Source: Candidatus Culexmicrobium cathedralense
GTDB taxonomy: Archaea > Thermoproteota > Methanomethylicia > Culexarchaeales > Culexmicrobiaceae
Length of the DNA stretch: 64,000 nt
Direction: 5' to 3'
Assembly: GCA_025061115.1 (NCBI GenBank)
Contig: JANZKC010000002.1
Coordinates: 448,001-512,000, forward strand
In this document: positions 29,199 to 38,727 of the stretch, one piece after another
Layout: each line of letters begins with the position of its first letter
Position numbering within the stretch: position 1 is the stretch's first letter
Made by a program: the position numbers and the translations under genes
Notes under the pieces: model-generated
What the model was told of the DNA's origin: nothing
Seen by the model: only the letters and a program-made list of their open reading frames with translations
Database searches by the model: none

Positions 29199-30188
29199 CT
29201 AGCCACAGCTCTCTAAGTACTTCTTAACACTTAATGCTATTGCTTTAGCGAGAGGTACGGGAACAGCTTCTCCAACCTGGTCGAATTGCACCTCCCTTCC
29301 ACCATGAAAAACGTGATCGTCTGGAAAGCCCATCAACCTAGCTTGCTCTCTTACTGTTAAAAGGCGATTCTCGAATGGATGTATGAAACGCGATCTCCCC
29401 AGCACTGTGGGCGCTAGCCTATATGGGCGAAGTCTAACCCAATTAGTGTAGAAGCGGCCACTTGCACCGCTGAAGTGAACTAGAGCATCACCCCATTTTA
29501 ATCTTGAGACTTTCTTAAGCTTCGCCGGCGAAAGAGGAACTGGATCGTGATTTGGAATATCATGCACCCCATATGGGTCTGGAAGATCACCAATAGCTTT
29601 CATAACTGGAATTCTAACTTTGACCTTAACTGGGCGTAGCTTGATGTTCGATATGAAGACTCTAACTCTCCTTGAAGGAGTGCCGTAATCTTCAGCTCTC
29701 AATATGTTGAAGTAAATTTTAGGGTAACCCACTCGCGCAAACTCCTTCCTAAGCGCGTACTTCAATTCACCATCAAGTATTTGGGGCACATTCTCCATGA
29801 CAAAGACCTTCGGCTTGAGATCTCCAACAAACCTTATGAAATGCAAAACTAACCTTCCAATAGGATCACCGTATAGCCTGTCAAGCGGATCCTTCCTCCT
29901 CCTAATGTTAACAGCTGTAAAGGGTTCGCAAGGCGGGCCCCCAATCACCACGTCGGGTGGAGAACCTATGAGGGATAGAAGATCTTTGGAGTGAATTCTC
30001 TTTATGTCCTCTACGATCAGCTCAGCTTCAGAGAAGTTCTCCGAATAAGTAATTGCAACTGGCTTGAAATTCTCAATAGCAGCTACGATTTGAAATCCAG
30101 CTTCCTTAAATCCCCTAGAAAAGCCTCCAGCACCAGCGAATAAGTCGACTACCGTCCATGAAGCCATGACACATCCTCTAGTTAACAA
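29199..30188 (-). CDS. DNA (cytosine-5)-methyltransferase
   Basis: DLFAGAGG, GGPPC, ENV and REQARLMGFPD motifs. Confidence 0.93.
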   Translation of the reverse strand: MLTRGCVMASWTVVDLFAGAGGFSRGFKEAGFQIVAAIENFKPVAITYSENFSEAELIVEDIKRIHSKDLLSLIGSPPDVVIGGPPCEPFTAVNIRRRKDPLDRLYGDPIGRLVLHFIRFVGDLKPKVFVMENVPQILDGELKYALRKEFARVGYPKIYFNILRAEDYGTPSRRVRVFISNIKLRPVKVKVRIPVMKAIGDLPDPYGVHDIPNHDPVPLSPAKLKKVSRLKWGDALVHFSGASGRFYTNWVRLRPYRLAPTVLGRSRFIHPFENRLLTVREQARLMGFPDDHVFHGGREVQFDQVGEAVPVPLAKAIALSVKKYLESCG

Positions 30189-30303
30189 TTTTTCAACTAG
30201 AAGTTAAAGTTTCACACTAAACGCTTAAGCCATACCTTTCGCCTGAGATTGGAATCCAAAATCTAGAAAGTTTTATTTTATTGTCAAGTGACATTTAGAG
30301 TGA

Positions 30304-30403
30304 GCCGGGGTAGCCTAGCCTGGTTAGGGCGTCGGCTTGCTATAGAGCAATGCAAAAAGCCGATGGCCGTAAGGCCGCGCGGGTTCGAATCCCGCCCCCG
30401 GCG
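30304..30403 (+). tRNA. tRNA-Ser(GCT) with a 15-nt intron at 37/38 (30343-30357)
   Basis: TCGGC-TT-GCT-A[intron]A-GCCGA, long variable arm, no encoded CCA. Confidence 0.93.
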
Positions 30404-30469
30404 TAAAACTTCTCAACACCTTAAATGCATAAACACAACGCTTAAACCTCACTTCTCCAAGATGAAAAT

Positions 30470-30806
30470 GGGGCGGCGGCTAGGCGGGGGGCTCGGCCTC
30501 CCCTTGCAGGGGAAAACCCCTGCACCGCAAAGGGTCGAGATGGCGGGCCGAAAGCCGGCGTCAGGCGCCTTGAACAGCCGCACGCCCCAGTGACTCGGCG
30601 ATGAAGCTTCGTCCCATGGGGTCGCCGGCGGGTGATAGGCTCTCCGGAGGGAGGGCCGAATCACCCCTTACCGGGCGAATCGGGTTAGGCCAGGAATGGA
30701 GCGGCCCTAAGCCCGGACGGCGGCGTTCATGGGGGTGCGGGGCTTAGACCGGCACTGGGTGACGGGCGGCTGGGAGGGGCGTCGAGCGTCGGCGCGCCGC
30801 CGCCCC
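30470..30806 (+). ncRNA. Archaeal SRP (7S) RNA
   Basis: Terminal helix GGGGCGGCGGC/GCCGCCGCCCC; helix-8-like TAGGCCA-GGAA-TGGAGCGGCC; GC-rich, ~337 nt. Confidence 0.9.
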
Positions 30807-30842
30807 GTTAACTACAATGGCTCAAGCGGAAAGTTCCACACT

Positions 30843-31784
30843 TTATGGCAGAAGGCCAATCTGCTCCAAGAGCTCGCAAGCTCTACAAACATCCTTAGTT
30901 GTAGGCTCACCGCAGTACTTGCAGTGATTGAGCTTAACGGGCTCAATCGACTTCGAAAGCACCTCAACAATCTTCTCAAAGGAGGACACTATCGAGTACT
31001 TAATTCCAGGATGCCTACTCTCCAGCTCGTTGAGGAATCTCCGAAATTCATCTCTGAAGGAGGTTCTAGCGTAGGGGCAATCAACCGAGTACAACTCCAC
31101 TCCAGCCAGATAGGCGTAAAGCGCGATTTCAGCTTCAGGTATGAGCCTCATCGGCTTAATTCTCGGTATGAAGCCAGGCTGCCTCATGGACTCCAAAGCC
31201 ACAACTCTCACAAGCCTATTAATGTCGCCGCGAACTATATTCATCAAAATCGTTTGAGACTCATCGTCGAGATTATGCGCCGTGGCAATCTTAGTTACTC
31301 CAAGCTCCTTACCCTTAACGTTCAAAATCTTCCTCCTCAAAACTCCGCAATAAGTGCAGGCATGATGCGGGGACCCCCTCCTCTCAGCCTCCTTAACTAT
31401 CTCAGGGAGGGAGTAGCCGTAAAAATCCTTGAACGAGCAAACCTCATGGCGAAGCCCAAGCAGTTCAGCATTCCTCCTCGCAATTTTCAATCCAATCTCC
31501 CTATAGCCAGGAACGCCCTCATCAATCGTAAAGGCAATTAAGTCTGCTTCAGGGAAATCCCTCTCAATCTTAGCCAAGATCCTCATCATGACAACGCTGT
31601 CCTTCCCACCTGAAACAGCCAGCAAAGTATAGTCATTGCGCTCCAAAAGAGAGTACTTGCCAATGGTCCACCTCACCTTATCCTCAATGGACTTCATGAA
31701 GCAGCTCTTACAAAGCGCAACGCCGGAAAATCTCCGCAGGAAAATTGCCGGCTGGCCGCAGCGACTACACCTCACCCTAAACAC
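30843..31784 (-). CDS. tRNA 2-thiolation protein, TtuA/Ncs6 family
   Basis: SGGKDS, CTYCGVLRR, AHNLDD and terminal CxxC zinc fingers. Confidence 0.9.
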   Translation of the reverse strand: MFRVRCSRCGQPAIFLRRFSGVALCKSCFMKSIEDKVRWTIGKYSLLERNDYTLLAVSGGKDSVVMMRILAKIERDFPEADLIAFTIDEGVPGYREIGLKIARRNAELLGLRHEVCSFKDFYGYSLPEIVKEAERRGSPHHACTYCGVLRRKILNVKGKELGVTKIATAHNLDDESQTILMNIVRGDINRLVRVVALESMRQPGFIPRIKPMRLIPEAEIALYAYLAGVELYSVDCPYARTSFRDEFRRFLNELESRHPGIKYSIVSSFEKIVEVLSKSIEPVKLNHCKYCGEPTTKDVCRACELLEQIGLLP

Positions 31785-31787
31785 CCA

Positions 31788-33032
31788 CTATGGAAAACTA
31801 AATCCGCCCACATTGAAGGATTGAACCATATTCAGGCAGAGAAGCAGCACCGAGGCAACCCTAACAACGTTGAGCAAAGCCTCACTTAAAGGCATCTCCC
31901 TATTAAGGAGGAAAACCTTCCTCCTCATAAGAGCTGGCGCCTGAAGCAAAGCCTCAAAAAACCCATTCCCATCCAGGAAGGGTATGGGAAGCATGTTTAT
32001 CAGCGCGGCACTAATCGACAAAACCTCAAACCAAGATAGGAAGTTATAGAGGTGCCATGGAAACATGTAAGTTAACGCCGAAGCCCAAGCCTTAGGTGGG
32101 AAGTAGTCGAATGTCCTAACCCCAAGAAAAGCCCTCGAAGAGTTAAGCGGGTGAAAAGAGCTTTTAACTACAACGTCACCCCTCAAGAGAGATAAAATCA
32201 AAGTGCTATTGGCGGGAGCCCCACTCATAAACTGGTGAAAGCTAAGAACGTCATGTATTCTAACCCCATTAATCGCCAAAATCACATCTCCAACTTGAAG
32301 GCCGGCCTTCTCAGCCGGCGTGCCGCTCAACACGTCCAGAACAACAACGCCTTGAGAGGGCTGAAAGGCGGGGCTAATGACCAAGGCGAAGTTGGCTATC
32401 ATGAGAACAGCCAAAATTCCGAAGAGCAAGTTCACCGTCGACCCAGCTGAAAGAAGCCTCATTCTCGAAAGCCTCTCAGCCCTAGCCACACTCTCATCAT
32501 CAAGCTCAGCGAAGCCACCTACAACGAGAATAAAGAATATGACTCCAATGCTCTTCAACTTAACACCCTCAACAACGGCAGCAATGCCATGAGCCAGCTC
32601 ATGAAGGCAAAAAACGATCACAGCGGAGATTACGAAGTAAGGCAAAGCATTAACGCTGATGGTAACCCCAGGAATCAAGGGCACCACAGGGCTTATTCCC
32701 CCACCGGTAAGCGAGGTAGCAAAGTTTGAAGCAAGAAACTTTAGAGTGAACATAAGCTCACCAACAGCTAAAAAGCAGCCAACAGTAAAGAACACCCTCC
32801 AAAAGGCAGCAAGCCTAGAAGCTAGCTTACCAATAAACTCATTAAATCTCTTAGTCCTCCACATAAGCATCAAATATGGCTTGATCTCCACTCCAAACCT
32901 ATCCAATCTAAAAATCCTATGCAGAACGGCAATTACAAGCCAAAAGACGCTCAAGGCAATGAGCAGCATTAGAGCACTATTCAGCGCCAAACCCTCCAAC
33001 GTAAAAGGCATACCGCAAGTAACCTTTAACAA
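31788..33032 (-). CDS. Site-2 protease (M50) with PDZ domain
   Basis: HELAH, NMLPIPFLDG and PAEKAGLQVGD motifs. Confidence 0.92.
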   Translation of the reverse strand: MLKVTCGMPFTLEGLALNSALMLLIALSVFWLVIAVLHRIFRLDRFGVEIKPYLMLMWRTKRFNEFIGKLASRLAAFWRVFFTVGCFLAVGELMFTLKFLASNFATSLTGGGISPVVPLIPGVTISVNALPYFVISAVIVFCLHELAHGIAAVVEGVKLKSIGVIFFILVVGGFAELDDESVARAERLSRMRLLSAGSTVNLLFGILAVLMIANFALVISPAFQPSQGVVVLDVLSGTPAEKAGLQVGDVILAINGVRIHDVLSFHQFMSGAPANSTLILSLLRGDVVVKSSFHPLNSSRAFLGVRTFDYFPPKAWASALTYMFPWHLYNFLSWFEVLSISAALINMLPIPFLDGNGFFEALLQAPALMRRKVFLLNREMPLSEALLNVVRVASVLLLCLNMVQSFNVGGFSFP

Positions 33033-33062
33033 TTACGCTTAGATAAGTGTCTCGGGGTTAAA

Positions 33063-33767
33063 ATGAAAATTAAGCCAGTGAGAGCTGGCGATGCGAGGGA
33101 AGTCAAGTACAGCGAAGAACAGTGGAAACTCCTAAAAAAGTTCAGAGGAAAAGCCGCTTCAATCATGCAAATCCTAAGCGAAAATCAAATCTACACAATA
33201 ATTCATGGAAGCGTAGCTAGGGGAGACGTAACCCCAAAAAGCGACGTAGACATAGTAATTCCATACCCAACACCATCATACAAGGTCGAAATAGCCCTGG
33301 AAAGAGCTGGAATACAAGTTCAAACCAAGCAGATAGTTCAAGCGACGCCGAGCCACGCAGCAAAGGCCCACATATACATAGACGAAAAAACCACCATAAC
33401 ATTTCCGCTGGTAGAGCTGAGAAAGCTTGAAAGGGAATTCTACAAGTTCGGCGGAGAACTCAACTTAAATCAGCTGAAAAGAGGGGAAAGAGCAGCCGGA
33501 GTAAACAAGAGGCTCATGCTAATCATACCAACAGATGAAGGGCACATCGAAGTCCCAGTAATTGGAAGAGAAGCAGAAGTAGCTAGAAAGCTGGGAGTCT
33601 CCATAGACATAGTTAATGAAAGAGTAAGAGTATTAACTAGAAGAGACGAAATTGGAAGGACTGGAGTATACCTCAAATACACGTTAAGCCCAGACGAAAC
33701 ATTTGAAGAAGCTCTCAAAAAGCTGGCTGACAGAGACCCAGCAATCAGAAAGAGAATTAGGCTTTAA
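33063..33767 (+). CDS. Archaeal nucleotidyltransferase-domain protein
   Basis: GSVARGDV...SDVD. Confidence 0.8.
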   Translation: MKIKPVRAGDAREVKYSEEQWKLLKKFRGKAASIMQILSENQIYTIIHGSVARGDVTPKSDVDIVIPYPTPSYKVEIALERAGIQVQTKQIVQATPSHAAKAHIYIDEKTTITFPLVELRKLEREFYKFGGELNLNQLKRGERAAGVNKRLMLIIPTDEGHIEVPVIGREAEVARKLGVSIDIVNERVRVLTRRDEIGRTGVYLKYTLSPDETFEEALKKLADRDPAIRKRIRL

Positions 33768-33803
33768 ATATAAACCTACCCAGCAAATTGAGGGCAAACA
33801 AGA

Positions 33804-34073
33804 TTGCTTGAAGCATCACTAATGGCAGCCCAGAGCCTAGAGGACAAGTTCAGAGAGATAATACTCAGGTGGATCGAATCGATTCAAAGAAACATCCTAT
33901 GGCTCCTCTCCATAATTAGGGATGCATCGCTAGTGATAGCTAGAGCATCATACTCTGTGATGCTAATAATGGGAGTAATCCTATGGGCAGCAGGTATTCA
34001 AAGGTACATGGCCAGGCGCCTAATAGTGGGAGGAGCAATCATAGCTCTAGTCACCGAAATCCTACTAGGATGA
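33804..34073 (+). CDS. Small membrane protein
   Basis: Two TM segments in a co-oriented run. Confidence 0.6.
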   Translation: MLEASLMAAQSLEDKFREIILRWIESIQRNILWLLSIIRDASLVIARASYSVMLIMGVILWAAGIQRYMARRLIVGGAIIALVTEILLG

Positions 34074-34112
34074 GAAACGCTTTTAAATTACAGAAAGAAT
34101 CAGAGCAAAGCC

Positions 34113-35213
34113 GTGAGCAGAAAAATCGAGGAAACTATTGGGAAATCGCTGGTCGTAGGAGAGCTCCCCGAGGGATGCAGAATGTGCATGAGGGGAGCAA
34201 AGCTAGTTCTCTTCATAACCGGCCTATGCAATGCAACTTGCTTCTACTGCCCACTTGATGAAAGCAGGAAAAACAGGGACGTGATGTACGCAAATGAGGT
34301 GAAAGCAACCAACCTGGACGACGTCATTAAAGAGGCAGAATCAATGAGAGCTGAAGGCACGGGAATTACAGGCGGAGATCCACTAATAGTTCTGCATAGG
34401 ACCCTAGGCGCCATCAAAACGCTGAAAAAGCACTTCAGCGAAAAACACCACATCCACCTGTACACCAACGCCATGAAATTGACGCTTGAAAAAGCAAAAA
34501 TGCTGAAAAAGGCTGGGCTGGATGAACTAAGAATACACCCAACGAGAAGCGAGGACTGGAGAAAGGTTCTGATAGCAAAGAAGGCAGGCCTAGTCACTGG
34601 AGTAGAGATACCGGCAATACCTGGAAAAGCGAAAGAAGTCAAGAGGAAAATGAGGATCCTCGAAGCGCTTAAAGTGGACTTCATAAACATAAATGAGCTC
34701 GAATTCACCGCATCAAACTCCCTAAGCCTAAAGCTGCGGGGATTCAAGCTAAAGCAGGGAAGCCTGGCAGCAGTTGAAGGAAGCGAAGAGGAAGCTCTCA
34801 ATATACTTGAGTGGGCAGCCAAAAACACGCGCCTGAACGTCCACTACTGCCCGAGCAGGCTTAAGGATCAAGTGCAACTGAAAAATAGACTCAGAAGGAG
34901 AGCTGCGCAAGTAGCTTTAAAGCACGAGGAAATAACAGATGAAGGCTTGCTAGTTAAGGGAGTAATAGAGGTTGAAGGCGACTTAAGCAGCATTAGAAAC
35001 GAAATCATAAAGAAGCTGAAAATTCCAAGCGATCTCATAGTCGTAAATGAGGGGAGAAGGAGAATAGAAACAACAGCTGAAATCGCAATTGACATCGCAT
35101 CAGCAAAGCTACTCAGCAAAGCCAGCATATTCATAGTGGAGGAATATCCCACAGCTGATAGGCTAGAGGTCACTCGAATACCCGTTGGAAGAGCCCTCGG
35201 CAAGCCTAATTAA
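34113..35213 (+). CDS. Radical SAM protein
   Basis: CNATCFYC and TGGDP motifs. Confidence 0.9.
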   Translation: MSRKIEETIGKSLVVGELPEGCRMCMRGAKLVLFITGLCNATCFYCPLDESRKNRDVMYANEVKATNLDDVIKEAESMRAEGTGITGGDPLIVLHRTLGAIKTLKKHFSEKHHIHLYTNAMKLTLEKAKMLKKAGLDELRIHPTRSEDWRKVLIAKKAGLVTGVEIPAIPGKAKEVKRKMRILEALKVDFININELEFTASNSLSLKLRGFKLKQGSLAAVEGSEEEALNILEWAAKNTRLNVHYCPSRLKDQVQLKNRLRRRAAQVALKHEEITDEGLLVKGVIEVEGDLSSIRNEIIKKLKIPSDLIVVNEGRRRIETTAEIAIDIASAKLLSKASIFIVEEYPTADRLEVTRIPVGRALGKPN

Positions 35214-35903
35214 AGCGCTTCTAAAAACCCCCATAAGCGTGTGAGCCTCCCTCCCAGATATAAAAGCCCTCCCAATAACATGGCGGAAAATCAAATTCGC
35301 AATTCTCCGCTTATGCTCAGGGTAATTCAAGGCTTTAAGGAGCGCGTCAAAGTACTTCAATAGCATCTCCTTCTCAACCCTCGAAGCCTCCCTAAACCTC
35401 CAGCCGCCAATCTCACCTTTATGGGAGAAGAGCTCATAAAGAATTACTGCAACCGCATGGGAAACGTTCAGCACAGGGTAGGATTCACTGGCAGGAATTG
35501 AAACCACCAAGTCGCAGCGAGCAAGCTCCTCATTCTTGAGGCCAATGCTCTCCCTGCCAAAGAAGATTCCCACCCTACCCTCAACCTCCCAAATCGATTC
35601 AGCAAGCATCCTGGGAGTGATAGGAACCCTCAAAACGTTGTAGTCGCCGCCAACCCTACTAGTAGTTCCAACAGCAAAGTCGAAAAGGGAAATTGCATCA
35701 TCAAAGGAGTCAACAACGAGAGAGCGCTCCAAAACCTCAACTGCATGAGAAGCGAAAATCCTAGCATCACCATTCAACTCGACCTTGGGATTAACGACTA
35801 CAAGCTTCCTAAACCCGAAATTCATCATAGCTCTCGCAGTGAAACCCACATTGCCAGCGTACTCAGGCTCAACCAAAACCACATAGATTTCAGGCAACCT
35901 CAA
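35163..35903 (-). CDS. trmJ: tRNA C32/U32 2'-O-methyltransferase, TrmJ family
   Basis: GNVGFTARAMMNFG, FGRESIGL and LNVSHAV motifs. Confidence 0.88.
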   Translation of the reverse strand: MRLPEIYVVLVEPEYAGNVGFTARAMMNFGFRKLVVVNPKVELNGDARIFASHAVEVLERSLVVDSFDDAISLFDFAVGTTSRVGGDYNVLRVPITPRMLAESIWEVEGRVGIFFGRESIGLKNEELARCDLVVSIPASESYPVLNVSHAVAVILYELFSHKGEIGGWRFREASRVEKEMLLKYFDALLKALNYPEHKRRIANLIFRHVIGRAFISGREAHTLMGVFRSALIRLAEGSSNGYSSDL

Positions 35904-36520
35904 ACCACCCTCACAGCCTTAACAAGGTAGAGAGATTCATAAAAGAAGCGCCTACAAGAAACAACTTCAACCTCAAACCCCAACTCCCTCAGCTTCCTAA
36001 TGGTCAAACTGCAATTGGAAAGAGAGGACTGAACAAGTAGCAACAGCCCGCCGGGCTTAACAACCCGATGAAAGGTTGATAAAAAGGCGTCGATAACCCT
36101 CCTACCACCCCTACCTCCACTCCACGCAATCCTAAGCCTATCAGGAACGAGCAGATCATGCTCATCCTCAGGCAGGTACGGAGGATTAAAGACCACCAAG
36201 TCGAAAATCGGCTTAAACCTAAAAGGAGCAAGCAGATCCCCCGCAACAACTTGAACTTTATGCTTAAGCCCACTTCGGTGGGCATTAATTGCAGTGTTTT
36301 TAGTAGCACTCGGATTAACATCCACCGCAACAACTAGCTTGGACTTCTCAGCCAGGAATAATGTTAAAATGCCGCATCCGCAGCCTACATCCAAGCTCAA
36401 GCCAATAGTTGAAGGGACAATCCTCTCAATTGCCTCTGCGAGCATGAAGCTGTCGTCCGAAGGATCATATACGTCGTCGAAAACCACGTAACCTCTACCT
36501 CGAAACTTAGCCACCTTCAA
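35900..36520 (-). CDS. HemK2/PrmC-like methyltransferase
   Basis: YDPSDDS, DVGCGCG and FNPPY motifs. Confidence 0.87.
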   Translation of the reverse strand: MKVAKFRGRGYVVFDDVYDPSDDSFMLAEAIERIVPSTIGLSLDVGCGCGILTLFLAEKSKLVVAVDVNPSATKNTAINAHRSGLKHKVQVVAGDLLAPFRFKPIFDLVVFNPPYLPEDEHDLLVPDRLRIAWSGGRGGRRVIDAFLSTFHRVVKPGGLLLLVQSSLSNCSLTIRKLRELGFEVEVVSCRRFFYESLYLVKAVRVV

Positions 36521-37388
36521 CGCCCTTCAGCCCCCTATAAAGCGCCTCAGCAACCTCAATGAACTGTTGAGGAGCCAATTCCCTCACTCTAACCTCCAAG
36601 TAAGGTACCAGCTCTAAAACTACCCTGCTCTCATTAGCACTCAAACCCCGAATTCTAGTTAAATAGTGCATTAAAGGGCTCTTCAACTTCCTATTTCTCT
36701 GGGAGAAAAGCCATCTAAGCAAGTCAAGCAAAAGCTCCTCAACCTCACTTAGAGGAGGACGCCTCCTCGGCGTCAACTTGACAACGGCAACATCAATTTC
36801 AGGAGGAGGATAAAAGCAGTTTCTTGAGGCATAGCGTAGAAGATCAACATCAGCGAACAGGCTCACCGCAACAGTCAGCCGCCCATACTGATGAGAACCG
36901 GGCTTCGCCACAAGCCGCTCCGCAAACTCCCTCTGATAGGTTAGCACCGCAAGCTTGAAGGTCGGCTTCTCAATCAACTTGAAGGTTAGTGGAGATGAAA
37001 TGCTGAATGGAAGATTTGAAACAACCTTATCTACCTCCGGGAATTCCAGGGTAAGCGCATCAGCATGAATCAACTCAACGTTATCGTAGCTTTTAAGGCG
37101 CCACTCAAGCACTTCAATTAGGCGAGAATCAACTTCAACTGCATACACCTTCCCAGCAACATCAGCCAGCGCCTCGGTTAAAGTGCCTATGCCAGCTCCA
37201 ATTTCAAGAACAACATCGCAGCTAGAAAGCGACGAAAATGAAATCAAATCATCTATGAGGCTGGGGCACACAACGAAGTTCTGGCCGAGCTTCCTCCTAG
37301 GCTTTATTCCGAAGGACCGAAGTATCCGCTTAGTTTCAGCGAACAAGCTCCCCATGCTTCTAGCCATAATCCCCATGCAGCCTACCAC
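36507..37388 (-). CDS. rsmA: 16S rRNA dimethyladenosine transferase
   Basis: LGQNF, EIGAGIG and SNLPF motifs. Confidence 0.93.
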   Translation of the reverse strand: MVGCMGIMARSMGSLFAETKRILRSFGIKPRRKLGQNFVVCPSLIDDLISFSSLSSCDVVLEIGAGIGTLTEALADVAGKVYAVEVDSRLIEVLEWRLKSYDNVELIHADALTLEFPEVDKVVSNLPFSISSPLTFKLIEKPTFKLAVLTYQREFAERLVAKPGSHQYGRLTVAVSLFADVDLLRYASRNCFYPPPEIDVAVVKLTPRRRPPLSEVEELLLDLLRWLFSQRNRKLKSPLMHYLTRIRGLSANESRVVLELVPYLEVRVRELAPQQFIEVAEALYRGLKGVEGG

Positions 37389-37966
37389 TACTTAACGAAA
37401 AGCTTATACTTGTCATCGCCGCTTAGCTCCATAATTATCCTCTTAATTATCAGCTTCTTGGGATCAGGTATTTTGGCTCTCTTCTTAATGTCCTCAAAGC
37501 TCTCAAATGGCTTGCGCTTACGCTCATCCAGAATTATCCACAACAGCTTTCGTCCAATGCCTGGGAGAAGCTGAAGGGCGTGAAGCCTAGTGGTTATTGC
37601 ACCTGCATTATTGAAGAACTCAACAAAGCGCTTCTCCTGCTTAGAAACTATAACTTCAAGGACGCCCGGAAGCTCATCCCTAGCTGAAATCGTCAAGTTA
37701 TCGTAAGATATCCTCCTCCTAACCCGAGCAATCTTATCCCTCTCACCCTTGCCAATGAAAACTCGCTCTCCAGGATAAAGGTAAACTCCAGGCTTAGGAA
37801 CCACCTCGAGCAAGGTAAAATAGGACTCCCCGATAACCTGCGCTATGGGCTCCCTCCTAAATAGCGGCGTGGACTCGAGGGGATGACCATGAGGCAGAAA
37901 GTCGAGAACATAGGCATGCTCCTCATAGTAACCTCTATCCCTAGAAAAGAAGGGAACATCCCTCAC
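37388..37966 (-). CDS. DUF655 nucleic-acid-binding protein
   Basis: FTLLE and RLHALQLLPGIG; lies in the L21e-rpo4-DUF655-rsmA cluster. Confidence 0.88.
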   Translation of the reverse strand: MRDVPFFSRDRGYYEEHAYVLDFLPHGHPLESTPLFRREPIAQVIGESYFTLLEVVPKPGVYLYPGERVFIGKGERDKIARVRRRISYDNLTISARDELPGVLEVIVSKQEKRFVEFFNNAGAITTRLHALQLLPGIGRKLLWIILDERKRKPFESFEDIKKRAKIPDPKKLIIKRIIMELSGDDKYKLFVK

Positions 37967-37987
37967 AATTTAACCTCCAAATAAAAA

Positions 37988-38329
37988 TTATTCAGCATAC
38001 TCTCTAATTACATTAAGCATCTTGCCAAGCTCAGATGTGAGAAAGATTCTGCCCTCAATAACCAAAAGCGTGCGAAGCTCCTCAATCGTTTTAGGAAGGA
38101 TGTTAGCTATCTGAACTGCAGTGAACCTTGATAGCTTAAACTCCTCCATCAACCTATCAATAAGCGCCTCAGCCTTCTCCCTGGGAAGCTTAGCCAGCTT
38201 AGAGGCATAATCAAGCGTTACGCGCTGCATTGGAGATAGCTCCGCGCGCTCCCTCAGCTTTTCAAGAAACTCCTTAACAGTTGAAATAGTTGCCTCTTCA
38301 CGCTTCAAAACCTTCTTAGGCACAAGCAA
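37988..38329 (-). CDS. rpo4: RNA polymerase subunit Rpo4 (F)
   Basis: AVQIANILPKTIEELR and gene order. Confidence 0.9.
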   Translation of the reverse strand: MLVPKKVLKREEATISTVKEFLEKLRERAELSPMQRVTLDYASKLAKLPREKAEALIDRLMEEFKLSRFTAVQIANILPKTIEELRTLLVIEGRIFLTSELGKMLNVIREYAE

Positions 38330-38334
38330 ACCTC

Positions 38335-38646
38335 CTACTTAGCCTTAGCTGTTAGGGGGCGCATATGCTCAGGCCTAACTATCAAAGTCTTCTTCTTCCT
38401 ACCCAAGTAAACTTCAACTACGTACGCCCTACCCCTCCTTTCGAGGACAACCCCCACCTTCCCATGATACCTCCTATGCGGCATCCCCTTGTGGACGCTG
38501 GGGTCAATTATTATTGCAACCTTCTCTCCAACTTTGTAGGGGTACATTACTCTGCTAAGTGGGAAAAGCCCCCTCTCCCTAGGCTTCTTCTTCAACAGCT
38601 TCCTCGTCCTACTCCTATAACCATGGGAATGCTTAACCACTTTCAC
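38335..38646 (-). CDS. rpl21e: 50S ribosomal protein L21e
   Basis: GYRSRTRKLL and KGMPHRRYHGK. Confidence 0.96.
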   Translation of the reverse strand: MKVVKHSHGYRSRTRKLLKKKPRERGLFPLSRVMYPYKVGEKVAIIIDPSVHKGMPHRRYHGKVGVVLERRGRAYVVEVYLGRKKKTLIVRPEHMRPLTAKAK

Positions 38647-38727
38647 CCACCCAAGTCGAGCTCAACTTATCCTAAAGCTTCACTGCTAGAGGTTTTTGCA
38701 AAGTCAAACTAATAAATACTTCCACAT

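Noticed and set aside
30288-31541. ORFs 30288-30593, 30449-30664 and 30729-31541
   Set aside because: They overlap tRNA-Ser, the SRP RNA, or the TtuA-family gene in antisense.
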